This document shows positions 1 through 14,309 of a stretch of 64,000 bases of DNA, one piece after another. Origin of the DNA: the human T2T-CHM13v2.0 reference genome, Homo sapiens. Each line of letters starts with the position of its first letter. Positions within the stretch are counted from its first letter, which is position 1. The notes beneath the pieces were generated by a model. It saw only the letters and a program-made list of their open reading frames with translations, did no database searches and had not been told where the DNA came from. Made by a program: the position numbers and the translations under genes. The stretch is from assembly GCF_009914755.1 (NCBI RefSeq), contig NC_060933.1, one strand, 5' to 3'.

Positions 1-1269
1 AAAGAGGAGTTACTTTTTGCAGAAGGCAATTCCAAAAAGTCCCAAATCATCTGGTTTTCCACCCAGAAGAGGAAAAAAGGAGGTTCTGAAACTTTATTGG
101 AGATGATGCTTCTTCTAATAAAATCATCCCATCATGGTCTCAGGGTTATTGTTTGAACTCAGAACATCCTGCCACTCTAAGAAATATAGATGATCAATAT
201 TTGCTATTGGAAAATTATCTGTAAGATAATAATAAAGCAGGAAAGCATTCAGAAGCGGCAACAAATAGGTCTGTGGAAATAAAACCTAAAATAACTCAAC
301 TCAAATAATGTCCTAAAGTCATGAATCATGACACAGAAAATATTGGATAGAAACAAGCTAATGACATATCACTTGTGGTTATAAGAATCTTTTCAGAGTT
401 TAGGTGTGTGCCAGAGAGAAATGGTAATAAAAGGGACCCAAAAGCCTGGAAGGGGAGCCATGCCCTCTGCCAGGAAGCATCTTTCAGAATAGTGTTGGCC
501 ACTGGCACTCATGGGCTGGTTTTCCCCAAATCTCCAAGGAAAATCTAGGAGAACAGGGTAGGAGATAACCCTAGAATTGGAATTTTATAGGTTCTCAAAT
601 ATCTTACAGGCCAGTGAGACTGCATGTTACTCTTTTCCCACTGCAGCAGCACCTCAGGTTTTCTGTGCTATTGAACAGTAAGAGGGATTAGCGTTATTTG
701 TGTCCTCTTGCTGCCTTAGGGGCAGCAAGCCAAAGCAGCAAGGCTGCTTGGGAGCTGTCTTCTCCACAGACCTCTTCAACTTCTGCAACTCAACCTCCCT
801 CCTAGATGATTCTTTGTCGCAACTAATATGACCTGGCAGCCATTCCACATCCTAAGCGCTGACAATGGCTGCGCCATAGGCTAGAAGGATTTTCCGTTAA
901 AGATTAGTTTCTAGAAAGGCTGCAGTTGAGGGCCCACCTTCAGAATGTGGCACACATGTGTAATCCTTCAGGGTGGTGGGGCAGAGCCTGACAAACCAGA
1001 TTCGCTGATTCCAGCCCACTGGATACGCCTGAGATCATCACAGGGCACCTTTTGAGAAATGCTGTGAGGATGAGGCTAACAGGATATATGTGAGCGTGAA
1101 GGACCTGGGGCAGAAGCCAGCAGAGAACCTGTGATTTTTGAAGTGATCCTCTCTGCCTTGGGGTAGGAAGACATGGCATTTTCAGGATCTGTTCATTCCC
1201 AAGTCACAAACTGTGAAGAACAGCAAACAAGGTGTGTGTGTCGGGACAGCACAATTTCATGCTTAAATG

Positions 1270-1610
1270 GAGGTTAAATGGATGTGATTGAGAGGTAGGT
1301 AGATCTGAGTTCAAGCCCTAGCTCTCTCACTGTCTCTGCTGGGCGATTTGTGGTGAGTTTCTACATATTTCTGTGCTTTAGTTTTCCCATCTGTTAAGTA
1401 GGGATTCCAGTGGTATTGGCTGATCTGTTAAGCAGGGATTCCAGTGGTATTGGTAGAGTTACTAGTGACATACGATGTCCATACATGTCCTGTACTCACT
1501 TGGGGAAGAGGGGCTCATTTTCTGCCTGTCATCCAGGGAAGGGCTGAGCTGCAGGGGTCTTCTGTGAGAAAATATGTGTAAAGGGCTTATCACATTGTGT
1601 GGCATTGAAA
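1270..1610 (+). mobile_element. MIR SINE remnant, interrupted
   Basis: MIR-like ctgagttcaagccctagctct...gttttcccatctgt, with the 3' part atgtgtaaagggcttatcacattgtgtggca further on. Confidence 0.6.
1389..1453. repeat. Tandem duplication, 34-bp period (atctgttaagYagggattccagtggtattgg x2)
   Basis: Two 31-bp copies start at 1389 and 1423 and match at 30 of 31 positions. Confidence 0.9.
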
Positions 1611-3379
1611 GAACTCTGTAAGTTAGAGGAAAAAGAGAATCAAACAGAATCTAAGGGTGATGTAGTCCTGAGTTGCTGTAGGAGAATTGTTGCCATCCTC
1701 TCTTCTCTCAATCCACACAGGCCGAGCTGGAGAATCAGCCACATTCAGACCCAGGAGTTTAAGCATACAGGGCCTTGTTGGACTGGTGTTCAAGTTTCAG
1801 TGAATCCCCCAACACTTGATTAGAAAAAGGATCATTTTAGATCTTTCTGCAATTGAGAAGGTCAAGGTGATAGAGCTGGCTTTCTGGGCTTAAAAGTTGA
1901 TACCTCTGCAATCTTAAAATGGGGACATGATGATCAGCTTTCCCTCATCACCTGCAGGTCCAAAATTCAGACCAAGGGACTACTGCTGCAGCAAAATGGA
2001 TTTGCTCAAAAGAACCTCATGAAGCACCAGGTTCTTAACCCCTCTCCACCTCAGGCCCAGAATAAGTAAGATGGAGCTAAGAAGAGCATCCAGCTAAAAC
2101 AGTCCTTGGAAGGTCCAATGGGTTAATACCCATTGCATGTTTCAATGGCCTCTGATAAACAGCAAGTGCTTAGGAACTGCTATTCAGAAAGGGTTGCTAT
2201 CATTATGGAAGTAGATGACAGGAAATTCTTCTCCTAAATTACTGAAAAGAAGATTGATATTTAAAATAGAATTGATGCCTAGCACCTGCAGGTGCAGACC
2301 TTGGTGGTAAAGGGATTGCTCAGATATTTCAGGCACAGATTCCAAATTGCCATAAAGGGTGGCATAGAGGAACGAATCTAAGAAATGACTGTGTAACATT
2401 GAGCCTGCCAAAAATGAATTATGATATTTTTGAGTACTTTTCAAGGTGAGTGAAGGAGTTATTTTTAACATGTTTCAAGGCAACTTTAAAAAATATACTC
2501 TCTTGTGGTCTCTTGTGGTCTAAACCCTTAAAGTGTTGTATTTTTACATAGCTACAGATATTTGTATAGTTAAAAATCTCAGAAATAGCAAACTGCTCAA
2601 ATCGTGAGGCACCTACGTCAAAACCTAGTATATAATTTTAATATAGTTTAGCTTGGTCTGAAATTTGCAAAAGAGTACCAGCTGAGTGTCCTCAGAGGAG
2701 TGTATGTTGAGGGGGTGGTAGGGAAGTGCGGAAGTAAAAGATCCAAGCATAAGAGCTGAATGTGAATTTCGAAAAACAACCAGCAATCAAAATCCTTGAC
2801 CAGATCATTCTGACATAAAACAGAAGCTTCATGCTGCATGGAAAAACAACGTTTGGAGGGTCTGTTCACTCAAAGGAAATGAATTTTGTTTCTCTTCTGC
2901 TGTTAATTAAAACAGCCCCTTGGAAATTCCCTCCCTCCCATCTTTCCCACCAAGTCTATAATAGGCAGGGTTACTGGGGTGGTGATCAGATTAACTTCCA
3001 GCTGCTACAGAACATTCTAAGCATCTGCAACACAGAAACAACGATGGGACAAAAGAGAGAAAAAGATGCAAAGAGAGTGGCCAAACACAGCTCGGTGAAC
3101 AGACCATGGCTTGGGAGAAGAAAGGAAAAAATAACACAGGAGGAAAAACTAGAAATCAGCCTTTTAAAATCTATTTTTGTGTTTTCGGTTCTGCCTTTCT
3201 TGTCTCTTTCTTTGAAGTTTATGGCTTGCCAGGTAGCTTAAAAAGCAAAAGTGTGTCTGAACTTTCCTCCCATTTATTCCTTTCCTTTTTTTTCTGGAAG
3301 CAGAGACTTAAGTTAGGCATAGACTTCAGTTAAGCCTTCATCACTCTCAGAAGGCTTGCAACAGAACTGGTGTGGCATC

Positions 3380-4140
3380 ATGAAGTTATCCTGGGCTCCC
3401 CTGTTTCTCTCACACCCCACATGCCATCTACCAGCAAATCTGGTGTCTCTATTTTTAAAATTTTTCAGAATCTGACCACTTTTTCCTTCCACCCCTTTCC
3501 CACTCCCCACTCCGCACACCCACCCAACCAGCACCAAGTCACATAGGAATAATTCTGCTGGTCTGAGTCTCCCCCTTCTACCCTCCCCTCTCCGCCCCAG
3601 CCAGTCTCATCCCAGCATCTTTAGTGATCAGTAAAACAGAACATGGCACTTACTTCTCTGCAAAATCCTGCAGTGGGTCCCTAGGTCAAAGTGAAAGCCA
3701 AAGTCTTACTGATTCTGTGCAGTGAAACTCATCCTGACTGCCCTGATCTTGTACGCTACCCCTCTCCTCTCTCACTGCTCCAGCCACGCTGGTCTCTTTG
3801 CTGTTTCTTGAAAACGCTGTGCACAATCTCACCTCTGTGCCATGGCATTGTCTGGCCCCTCTACCTGGAGTATTCTTCCCCCAGAGGTCCACAGAGCTTG
3901 TTCAAATGTCACCTCATTGAGGCTTGTCTGAGCAGCCTATTGAAATCTATAGCTTCTCTCTCCAGCATTTCTTATCCCAGGTTTATTTTCTCTAAAGTAG
4001 TTATCACCGTCTAATATACTATATCATTATGACTACAGATTATTTGGTGCTTTCCACTGGCAGCAGACAAGCTTCAAAAGGGCAAGGTTTTTCACTGGTT
4101 TTGTTCACTGGTATATCTCCAGTATCAGATTGGGTGCAAC
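3380..4140 (+). mobile_element. L2 LINE 3' portion
   Basis: L2-typical ctccagccacgctggtctctttgctgtttcttgaa..., ttcaaatgtcacctc and aagcttcaaaagggcaagg...gttcactggtatatctccag. Confidence 0.7.
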
Positions 4141-4870
4141 AAATCCTTGTGTTCATGGTTTCTAGGCAAGTAGATGAGGTTATGACTCTGTGATGTGCTT
4201 CCTGTACGCCAATGACCCAGAGTAAATGTCTTTAGGACCTCCAAGCCCATGGCCCCAGTGGAACTGAGTGTCTACCTATGGGGCCCCAGGAACTTTCTAG
4301 AGGTAAGTAGGAGAAAAATGGGGTGTACCAGGTGTTTATACTCCAGTGGTGGAAGGCAGGGGAGACACATCAGTTGTCCCCCTCTGCACATCTCCAAGGT
4401 CAATAAGGTGCATGTGCAAAGGAGCCCTTTCCATAGGACAGAAGGTTAGGTGAACACCATAAAGATCAGGGCAGGGAAAGCTGGGCCTTGGCTCCTCATT
4501 TTTTTTATTAAGCTGCCCCTCATTCATCAAGGCCTAACTCAATGTCCAACCTGAAGGTTTCTCTGCACACACCCCTCTTTTCGAAGTGGAAACCCAACAT
4601 TCTCATGGCACTTTGATTGTACATGTTACAGTCCTTATTTCAGCTTGCTGCCCACATGCCTGCTTTCCCCAGCAGAGAGCAGTCTTCTCTGGGAGAGGGA
4701 TCTTCCCTCTGCCATCTTTAGTATCCCTTGACAAGTGTCCTATAATCATGCCTCACCCATCACAGGCCTACACTGTCTTGCAGTGAAGCTCTCACTATGA
4801 TCAGCTCCTCTGGGAAGTCAAGCTTCCTTTCAAGTTAGTACAAGTCACAAACTAACACATAGCAAATAGT

Positions 4871-4930
4871 AAAAAAAAAAAAAAAAACAAACAAAAAACA
4901 AAACAAAACAAACAAACAAAAAACAAAAAA
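4871..4930. repeat. A-rich / (AAAC)n-(AAAAC)n microsatellite
   Basis: Directly visible. Confidence 0.9.
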
Positions 4931-5220
4931 CCGTGCTATGTACTGGGCTGTATTTGGTGAATAAGACAGATCTGGCTGGTTCCCTTGTAGAGTCCATAGC
5001 CTGAAGTGAGGAAGAGACTTCATATTTGTGCTCTGATGGATGGTGGAGGCCTTCTTACGAGGGTATGGAGGCCCAGAGAATAAGAGTGAAAGTTCCTCCA
5101 CAAGAGATGCCACCTAGCAACTAGAAGAAACAAATCCTCTTTTATTCTACCAACTATCTTACTGGAACAGTTAATTTACCTAATAGAGGCAGGCTTAATT
5201 TTTATTCTTAAAAGCAAAAA

Positions 5221-5299
5221 TTTTTTTTTTAATTATTGTAAGTTTTAGGGTACATGTGCACATTGTGCAGGTTAGTTACATATGTATACATGTGCCATG
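5221..5299 (-). mobile_element. Very short 5'-truncated young L1 (L1HS/L1PA2-like 3' end) with poly(A) and TSD
   Basis: Minus strand reads CATGGCACATGTATACATATGTAACTAACCTGCACAATGTGCACATGTACCCTAAAACTTA...A10. The TSD AAAATTTT is at 5217-5224 and 5300-5307. Confidence 0.88.
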
Positions 5300-5799
5300 A
5301 AAATTTTAAAGAAATTTTTATTTCTTAAAAATAATAATTTCATCTTAAACAAAACCACCAAAAACAGAATTTTATTTATTCCCAAATCTGTTTTTGAAGT
5401 ACAACCTCTAAATTATTTTTTTCTAATTTTTGTGAAGCATGATGCAAACTACTTATTACAGGGCTACACTGATATTAGTAAAAATTAAATTACTCTGTAA
5501 TAAAGTATTTTGTAAAGTGTCTTTAGTAAATATTTTGTTAATGAACCACATAATAGAGATGATTAACGACATTTAATTATATTAGATTTACAGACACAAT
5601 CATAGGAGTAATTTCTGTAATTAATGAGAATATATACATAATTATATCTCAAGTGGTGACCAAACCCATTATACAATGAAATGAGGCAGCGGAATTTCCT
5701 TATTAAGAACTTTTTCTCCCCACTTATGTCTGCTTAGCATAAAAAAAGACTTTTTTTCCTCATTTCCTCTACACTCATTAATTGGAATTCTGAAAGTAA

Positions 5800-6270
5800 C
5801 ACCTGTCTTGTCTCTCTTACTTAGTATTCAATTATTTATTTACATAGTATAAATGTGTGCATATTTCTTTTATTCTGTGGGCCCATTATTTATTCAGTTA
5901 ATTAAATTGTTTCAATCTTGACCACTGGGATATTTTTCAGATTGGCTTCTGTGTTCAGTCAACAAGCTTCATCCTTTTCAAAGCATTTCTTTATTTTCTG
6001 GCATCACAAGATGTTTCAATATCATTTTGTATGTTTCCTGGTTCAGCACTTGGAAGTAATCAGTTCTCCAGAAGCAATGACTCCTTTTATTGGAAAATGG
6101 TATTTAGAAACCAAGATCTGAGAACTATGTGTGCTTATGGCTACTAAGATGTCATTGCTCCTAGCCTTTCTTAGTGGACAGAGCTAAGAAAGATATGCAT
6201 GTATACTGAATCATGCATATCTACATCTACATTTATCTCTGTAGCTATAGCTGTCTTTATCTGTTTATGA
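5800..6270 (-). mobile_element. Old L1 (L1MC-like) 3' UTR fragment
   Basis: ctccttttattggaaaatggtatttagaaaccaagatctg...gtggacagagctaag is typical of L1MC 3' ends. Confidence 0.65.
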
Positions 6271-9207
6271 CTTTTGGACTTTAATTGTAATAGAAGTAAC
6301 TAACATGTTTTTCTAGCAGCTTTGCCCTCCAGTTCCATTTAAACATTTGCTCCATTTGAGAGCCATCCTGATGCAAAGGGTAAATGACAAATCCAATGCT
6401 GTCTTTTCATATGGTTACCCACGTGTGCCCATTCAGGCTTTCTTTAATAATGTTCTATAAGAATGACCTTTGTGGCCACCCATAAAGGATGGATCAGCCC
6501 AAATGTGAATTTGTTCTACCATCTTTCCTAGCAGGGTCACCTTATCGTTAGAAATATGAACGTGCTTTTGTAATTGGTCTCCCAGTTTTCAATTGCATCT
6601 CCTGCATCCTCCTGATTTACTCTTCACAAGGCTTGGAATTCTCCACACTTCTTATCTGTCTTATTTCTTTTTAAGAAACTTAAGGAATTTGTCTTATTCC
6701 TTTTCAAGACTCTGCTTTAGGCATCTCATCCTTCTGGAAGCCTTCCCTGAGTCCCTCTCCCCCATCATAGCACCTGATACCTATCCTATCACGGCACTTG
6801 TCATAGAGCCTCAGAAGTGTTTCACTGACGCTCTCCCCAACTAGCCTGTGGGGCTGTTAAGGATAAGGATGCTGTTCTCCATCTGTGCCCTCAATGCTCA
6901 CTGCCTAGGCTGGTCCTCACAAGTGTTTGTGAGTATAGCAACATTAACACAAACAACAAAGAATATGACATTGGGGGCTGTGGGTGTGAGAAAGTGCTCA
7001 GATTTTTCGCTATATGAAATGATATTCTGTGCTTACCTTCCTTTTTAGGGGTACAGAAGGAAGAAAAGCCTAGAAACACATTGCGGGAAACTTGCCAGAC
7101 TTTCTGCTTGATTAATGCTGTGGTTAAGTTAAGTTTCCAAAGACTAATAGTGTTTATAATTAATGTTTATTTTAATACCCCCTCCCTTTTTTTATAAAAA
7201 GATAATCTAATTGAGTTCAGATGTAATTGGCATTTTACAAACCAAAAAAACTCCCAGCAGGTATCAGACTGCAGAATATGATGTTTCAGGAAAAGGGCCA
7301 ACTTACTGATCGTGGCCGTTTCTGACAGTGCTTGAGAGCTGATGTTCTTTATCATTTTAGATCACCTGCTTCATTGTTTTAGGAACTTAATCTTTTGAAC
7401 ATTTCAATCTCATATATACAGATACAAATGGCTCACACAAAGAAATTCTCAGAGGTTTGCCTTATTCTCAGATTTGATTTCTGAGCCAGGTAGAGACTGC
7501 TAGACAGAAGCTTTAAATGTCTTCTTTTGTTCCCATCCCTGGAACTCTGAATGTCTAAGAGGTAAACGAATGAAGAATCACTTTACTAAAAAGGCAGGCC
7601 ACATATCCTAAGACCTGCCAGCATTTAACCCAACTACCTCCTAATGGGCATAAAAATTCTCTTCAGAGTTGTTTTGTCAAAGCCCATATTTTGGGTATGT
7701 GTCTCTGCAAGTGGGTTGTGACATTATTCATTTGGGGAGAGCTTTGATCTGATTTACCGTATCTGGAAAATAGTAGGTGCTCAAGAAATAGGTGTTGAAA
7801 GATTATGATGACCTATATATAAAAAACAGAATCAAACAAAATAATTCTTTCTTTTGAGGAACCTATATATTACCCAATCATTTATTTTATTGTAAAGTGG
7901 AAGATTTTATATTTGGCTAACATGTATTCAGTAGTTGCCCCTATTTTGTGAACTTATAGCATGTATTGTCCCCTGGGTTTCATATGTCTATGAATTTTCA
8001 CTTAATCTGAGTTCTTAGTTTATATTTTAATTTTAGTCCTCAACTTTACATTGTAATCTGGTACCTGTAAATCTCATGTGAAACGTGGGTTAGCAGCAGA
8101 AGCACTGGCACATGCTGAGAGTCCTTAACTAAAGGCTTAGAGGCCTATGACTAAAATGAGATGATTAGGTTTACTTCAGATCTAATCAAAAGAGAAACTT
8201 ACCATGCCTAATTGAACATGCCAGCCTCCAAGTATAACAAATTCCCACCTTTTTTTTTTTAAAGAGCTTCATGGTTGAGGGGAATCATATTATTAATTTA
8301 TAATAACAGATTCAAGTTTGACTGACGAAGGCAACTTAAATCTTCATCTCTAGAGATGTCAGTAACACACAAAAAGAAGCATCCACAATTTGCCTTCTGC
8401 TGCCATTTAACACCTTCTACATATGCAATGTGACAAAATCTGCCTTTCTTTGCCAAGTCCAATCTTTCTGCTTTTACTGCTGACAGTTTAGATCATGAAA
8501 ATAAGATGCAATGAAGTTTGAAAAGCTGGATGTATTCTAATTAGAAGAATTCCTTGGTCCTGGTTTTCAGGAAGACTGTGGCTTTACCCACATAGCTGGT
8601 TTGGTCTTTCTAACAGACCTGATGCTGGTTGCTAGCTGGTTAGCCTGGTTATGCACACAGACTAGCCTGCTGTCTTCCTAAGATCCAGCCCCAGGGAGAT
8701 GCTTATAAGAATACATCTCTGAAGCAGTAATGTGGCTAGTACTGGTTCAATACAGTTTTTTTTCTTTTTTTCTTTTTTTTTTTTTTTCTGGATAAGGCCC
8801 AGCCTTACAGAGAACATCTATTCAAGTGCCCAGAAAAATCCTCTGGTTATGAAAGTTTGAACTGTATGAGTTAAGCCATAAACTTGGGATGAATGAAAGA
8901 TAGCACGATATTGGAAATGGTGTCTGTGCACAGTAGGGGCTCTCTGCTTTGGTAATTGCAAGGTAGAAAGTCAACTTGCAGTGTGCTTCTCAGACTTTCT
9001 GTAGGGATAGCAATGATCTTGAGGTATGAAGGGCACACACTGCAGTGGAAATTGGAGATTCTGTGTAGGAAATCGGCCTTGTCATTTAATTTAGAGAGGT
9101 CAAATACCTCTACCATAACTGCACTCTGTATTTAACTCAACTCTGGTAAAAACTCAGGTTTCTAAAACAAGTAAATTAGAAGGTAGTTGTTATATTACAA
9201 AGGCTTA

Positions 9208-10110
<903 letters not shown>

Positions 10111-10419
10111 TAATCCATGATTTAAGATTTCTACTGTGGTAAACGTTTGGATTTGTAACCAAAAGGGAATATATATTTTTTCATCATTTTAAAGGTCTGT
10201 TTCACTTATGTAATACACATTAGGAACTATCTAATGTACTATTTGCTATATTTAACCATATTAATAAAGACTTTGGATATGAACTAGATCAAATAATATA
10301 CAAGCCTTTTATTTCAGATGCTGTGACCTAGGAACCTACCTACCATAGTCTTGGTGGCAGCTTACTCAAAATGCAAGATCAAGTTTTCATAGGGTTTAAG
10401 TAGACTGCAGATCAATGTC

Positions 10420-10630
10420 TATCATTACACTTGATACAGAATCTTGAGCATTGCAAAAGAAGGGGCATCAAAGCATCCATTATCTGAACACTCTTTGGGT
10501 GGAGGCTTCCCTGGCTTCTCTAGACAAAGAGACTCACTCCCTTCTGAGGCAGGCCATTCCATCTTTGGATATGTCTGTAGGAGAGGCCTTCCTATGCTGG
10601 GCTGAACTCTCTTTCTCTGAATTTAGGAAG
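10420..10630. mobile_element. L3/CR1 remnant
   Basis: gagactcactcccttctgaggcaggccattccatctttggat... resembles the L3 consensus. Confidence 0.45.
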
Positions 10631-10779
10631 GCTGATGTGCTTTCCTGACCAGCTAGACTTAAGAGGGTCCCCAAAACTCCCCTCTCCTGGAAAGACAGAC
10701 CCTACTTTACCATGGCAAACTGCCCATGGGACCAATTTGAAGAAAGAGGCTGTGGTAACAACTTCTAAAACATTTTCAA

Positions 10780-11920
10780 ATTGTTTCCTAACTACATGCT
10801 ACATCCTCGTTCACTTTAGCAGAGCTTCCACGTCATTCATCAACTTCCAGACCCTCATATCCAGATGGCCCTGAATGTCCCCAATCTGACTCAATCTCCC
10901 ACTCCTGCCAACAGTAAATCTCCTAGATCCTTCACCTTTTTTTTCTGAAAATTCTCTTTGTCTTCTTGCTCCTACTGAAACTTGACTATTTCCTGAAGGC
11001 CCCTTTTCTTCTGCAGCCCTTGAAAAGTGGCAGCTGCCTGCTCCTCCAAACACCCTGCTCTCCATCCTGCCCTTCCTTATTACTTCTAGCCCACTTTTCC
11101 TCCCTCCTTGGGAGTACAAAGCAATAACCACCCCTTCTACCCAAGCGGACTTCCTGGTCTCCCTCCATTCATTCCTGAAGATCGTAGAACCTAGCTTATT
11201 ATTTTCCTCTCTGTCCTTACTTCTGTTCCCATCTGTGATGACTTTTTTTAGGTGAGCCCTGCAACACCTGGCTCCTTACCTTAGTGCCTTCACCTACTCA
11301 CTCCCAGCTCGTTTTGTCCTCATTCACCCACTCCTGTGGTAAGCCTACACCTCATCACTAGCAATAACTGCACCACTTCCAAAACCCCAATTTGATATTA
11401 AGTTTTTGGCAAGTCAAAAAACCCCCAATTTGAAGCATCCCACTTTCTGTCCACCACTCACTTTTCTCTTTCTACTACAAGAAAGTAGTAGATGTTCTTT
11501 GATCTTACTGGTCAATTCATTGATGCGGTCACCTTTTCACTGCCCTCCTTTAACGTGTTCTTCACTCGGCTCCAGAGACACCATTCTATCCTAGTTTTCT
11601 TCCCACCTCAGTCTCCTTTGCTGGGCCTCCCCTTTTTTCCCGGACTCTAGACTTTGGAGTCCCCAGGGCTCAATTCTTGGCCTTCTCTTCTCTATCAATT
11701 AGCTAGGTATTATAGTCCAGTTCTGTAGCTTTTAAATAACACGCATATTTTATGACCCCCAAATTTACATCTACAGCTCTGCCTGACCTCTATCCCATGC
11801 TCCATACTCCTACACCCACCACTTTCTCAACATCTCCATTTGGATGTCTCATAGGCATCTTAAATTTAACATGAGTGCTCAAGCTCCCTCTTATAGCTTG
11901 CTCTATTCTCAGTCTTCTCC
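10780..11920 (+). mobile_element. L2 LINE internal (ORF2) fragment
   Basis: C/T-rich L2 motifs: ggagtccccagggctcaattcttggccttctcttctct and caacatctccatttggatgtctcataggcatcttaaatttaacatg. Confidence 0.75.
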
Positions 11921-11964
11921 ACCAACACACAGTTATATGAAAGTGAGATGTCCCTGTTGAGAAG

Positions 11965-12468
11965 AGACTGCAAGTTGCCTATCCAATATCTATTCCATTT
12001 TCATTTCCTAATGACATAATGCCTAAATTATTGGGGACAGCAATTCATGCAGTTTAACAAACTACATTTCCAAATTGCCTTGAAACTAGGTAGTCATGTG
12101 ACTGAGTTTTGAGCAAATTTTACTGAGAGGGTCTTCAGGGAAAGCTCCTTAAAAAGAAGACAAAATATCTAGAGAAAATCACTTTGACCCTTCCTCCTTC
12201 CAAGAATACAGACGTGATGGCCAGAGCTCAACAGCCACCATCTTGGACCATGAGGTGCCCTTGAGGTTACAAATCATATACTAGGGTGGTGGAGCAGAAG
12301 GATGGAAGGAGCCTGGGTCTTGAATTATTGTGGAGCTGCTAGAGCTGCCATGTCTTGTCTGCTACTCGAATTCTTACACTTGAGAGAAAAATAAACTTCC
12401 ATCTTATTTAAGTCACTGTTAATTTGGATTTTCTGCTATATATAGCTAAAGCTATTTTGCCTGATGTA
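11965..12468 (+). mobile_element. MaLR solo LTR (MLT1J/K-like)
   Basis: cagccaccatcttggaccatgagg..., gagagaaaaataaacttccatcttatttaagtcactg. Confidence 0.75.
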
Positions 12469-13058
12469 TCAGTGTGTATGACACAATCTCATCCTTTCAT
12501 GCAAGGATTACAATGTCCTATGAAGGTCACAGATAACAAGAAGGACTTATTTTAAAGTAACATTATTTAGTTGATATATCCTGGGCAATGAAAAACATTG
12601 CTGAATGGTATTCCAAAACTTAATTTCTCTTTGAAAATAATTAGACTATTTCACTGCAACTAAGAACATCAAATGATTGGCTAGACAATGTGACCTTAAG
12701 ATACTTTTGTTTCTTTGAAATAATGGGGGTTTTCAAAACAGCCACATGCCTAATTTAGGACCCCATGATTCATGTAAGACATTATTAGTTTTTCAGCTTG
12801 GTAAAGGGGCAGTTGGTTGCCATGAAACAGTAAGCTTAATTTAATTATGGAAAAGGTCTTTATAATTTTTTTGCCCTTGATATCACAACTTTTCTACCAT
12901 TTTCTCCCTTATACAAATGAACAAGGATTGACTTTTTAAATAGTGGTGAAATTATTTTTCTGGAAATGTCTTTGGTTAAATGGCAGAGAGTTTAGGACAA
13001 TACAATGGAGACAGCTTTCCCCACATATTGCTTCATTGCAAGATATTAGTTGGGATAT

Positions 13059-13138
13059 CTACCGACCTACCTACCTACCTACCTACCCACCTACCTACCT
13101 ACCTACCTACCTACCTACCTATCTACCTATCTACCTAC
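13059..13138. repeat. (CTAC)n / (TAGG)n tetranucleotide microsatellite, ~20 imperfect units
   Basis: Directly visible; it generates the PTYL-repeat ORFs. Confidence 0.95.
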
Positions 13139-14309
13139 ATGTCTCTGTGAAACATTTACCTTTGAAGAGCAAAAATTACTAATTCTATATACTGCCATTG
13201 GTGGAAAGGTCTTTTCTCCTTTTAATCCATCTGTCCCATCACACAAACTTGCCTACTTTTGAACTAGCATTCTATATTATTATTCAGAATAATTTTAGGA
13301 AAAGAGCCACGTTCAATTTATTGAGAATTTTCTAGAGTAAGAATGGTATGAAATTTGGGTATCTGCAGATGAGAAATAAGCTATGCATTATTAACTTTAA
13401 AAGTTGGAGATTGCTCTTCCAAAAATATGCAGTATCACTGTATGAGAAGATAAGGTGACTGCTGCCTGTGTAGGGGTAGCTGAAGTTACCAAAAGACATT
13501 TTTGTCCCTAGAAACATCTTATTACAGGGGCAAAGTCCCTGGGAGGAGTAAAGCTCACTAATTTATCATGTCTAGCAAAATGTCTCATTCAGAGAAGGTG
13601 CTCAGTTATTATTAAGTGAATGTGCTAGTACAGGTGGCAGGTAAGACAGGTTGTCATCTTGGAACACATGAACATGGCAGTGGAGACATCGCCTGCCAGG
13701 CACAGTGCTGTGAGCTTTATGAATTCTGCCTGCCCTCACTTCCCAAGATAAGAAAGATGCCTTCCACTGGGCTGTTCCAGCACCTAGGGTCTACTCATCT
13801 CATGCCTGTGTCTTCCACAAGGTCATGAGTTCTTTAGGAGAACTGTGTTTAATCTCCTCCGCTCTGCCCCCAATCCAGCACCTGGTACATACTGGCTATT
13901 GATGAACAAATTCATGAAAGAATGAATAAAAAAGTAGATAAAATTTGGATTGGCTTGGGGTGGGGAGAGGAGGTTGGGTGTGGCCTCGGGAGCTGCTCCA
14001 GTGAGGTTCTAGAGCATCTTAGGGCTGAGGGAGACAGGGGAGGGGGAAAGGGCTCGGAGGGCAAGGAGAAACTTTTCAAACGTCATGATTTTGTCTTGCG
14101 TGTGAGAGTAAGTATATTGTTTTATTAAAATAACCTTTTCATGGCACAGTGTTCATGTAGAAAGAAATGCTTTCTTCAATAGCTCATTGTTGTCCACACC
14201 ATGATGCCCTCATTCTTAGTCTATGGTATCCATCAAGCATTTCTTCCCACTCCCTATGCTGTAGCCAATTCCATCTGCCCCTGTTCCACTCCCCATCTTG
14301 TACAACAAG

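Noticed and set aside
654-848. 64-aa minus-strand ORF near where the next SLC24A2 exon might lie
   Set aside because: No match to the expected GRFREKASILHK... sequence in any frame I could read; that exon is probably outside the window.
2282-2295. Perfect 14-bp palindrome GCACCTGCAGGTGC (double E-box)
   Set aside because: A few palindromes of this length are expected by chance in 64 kb.
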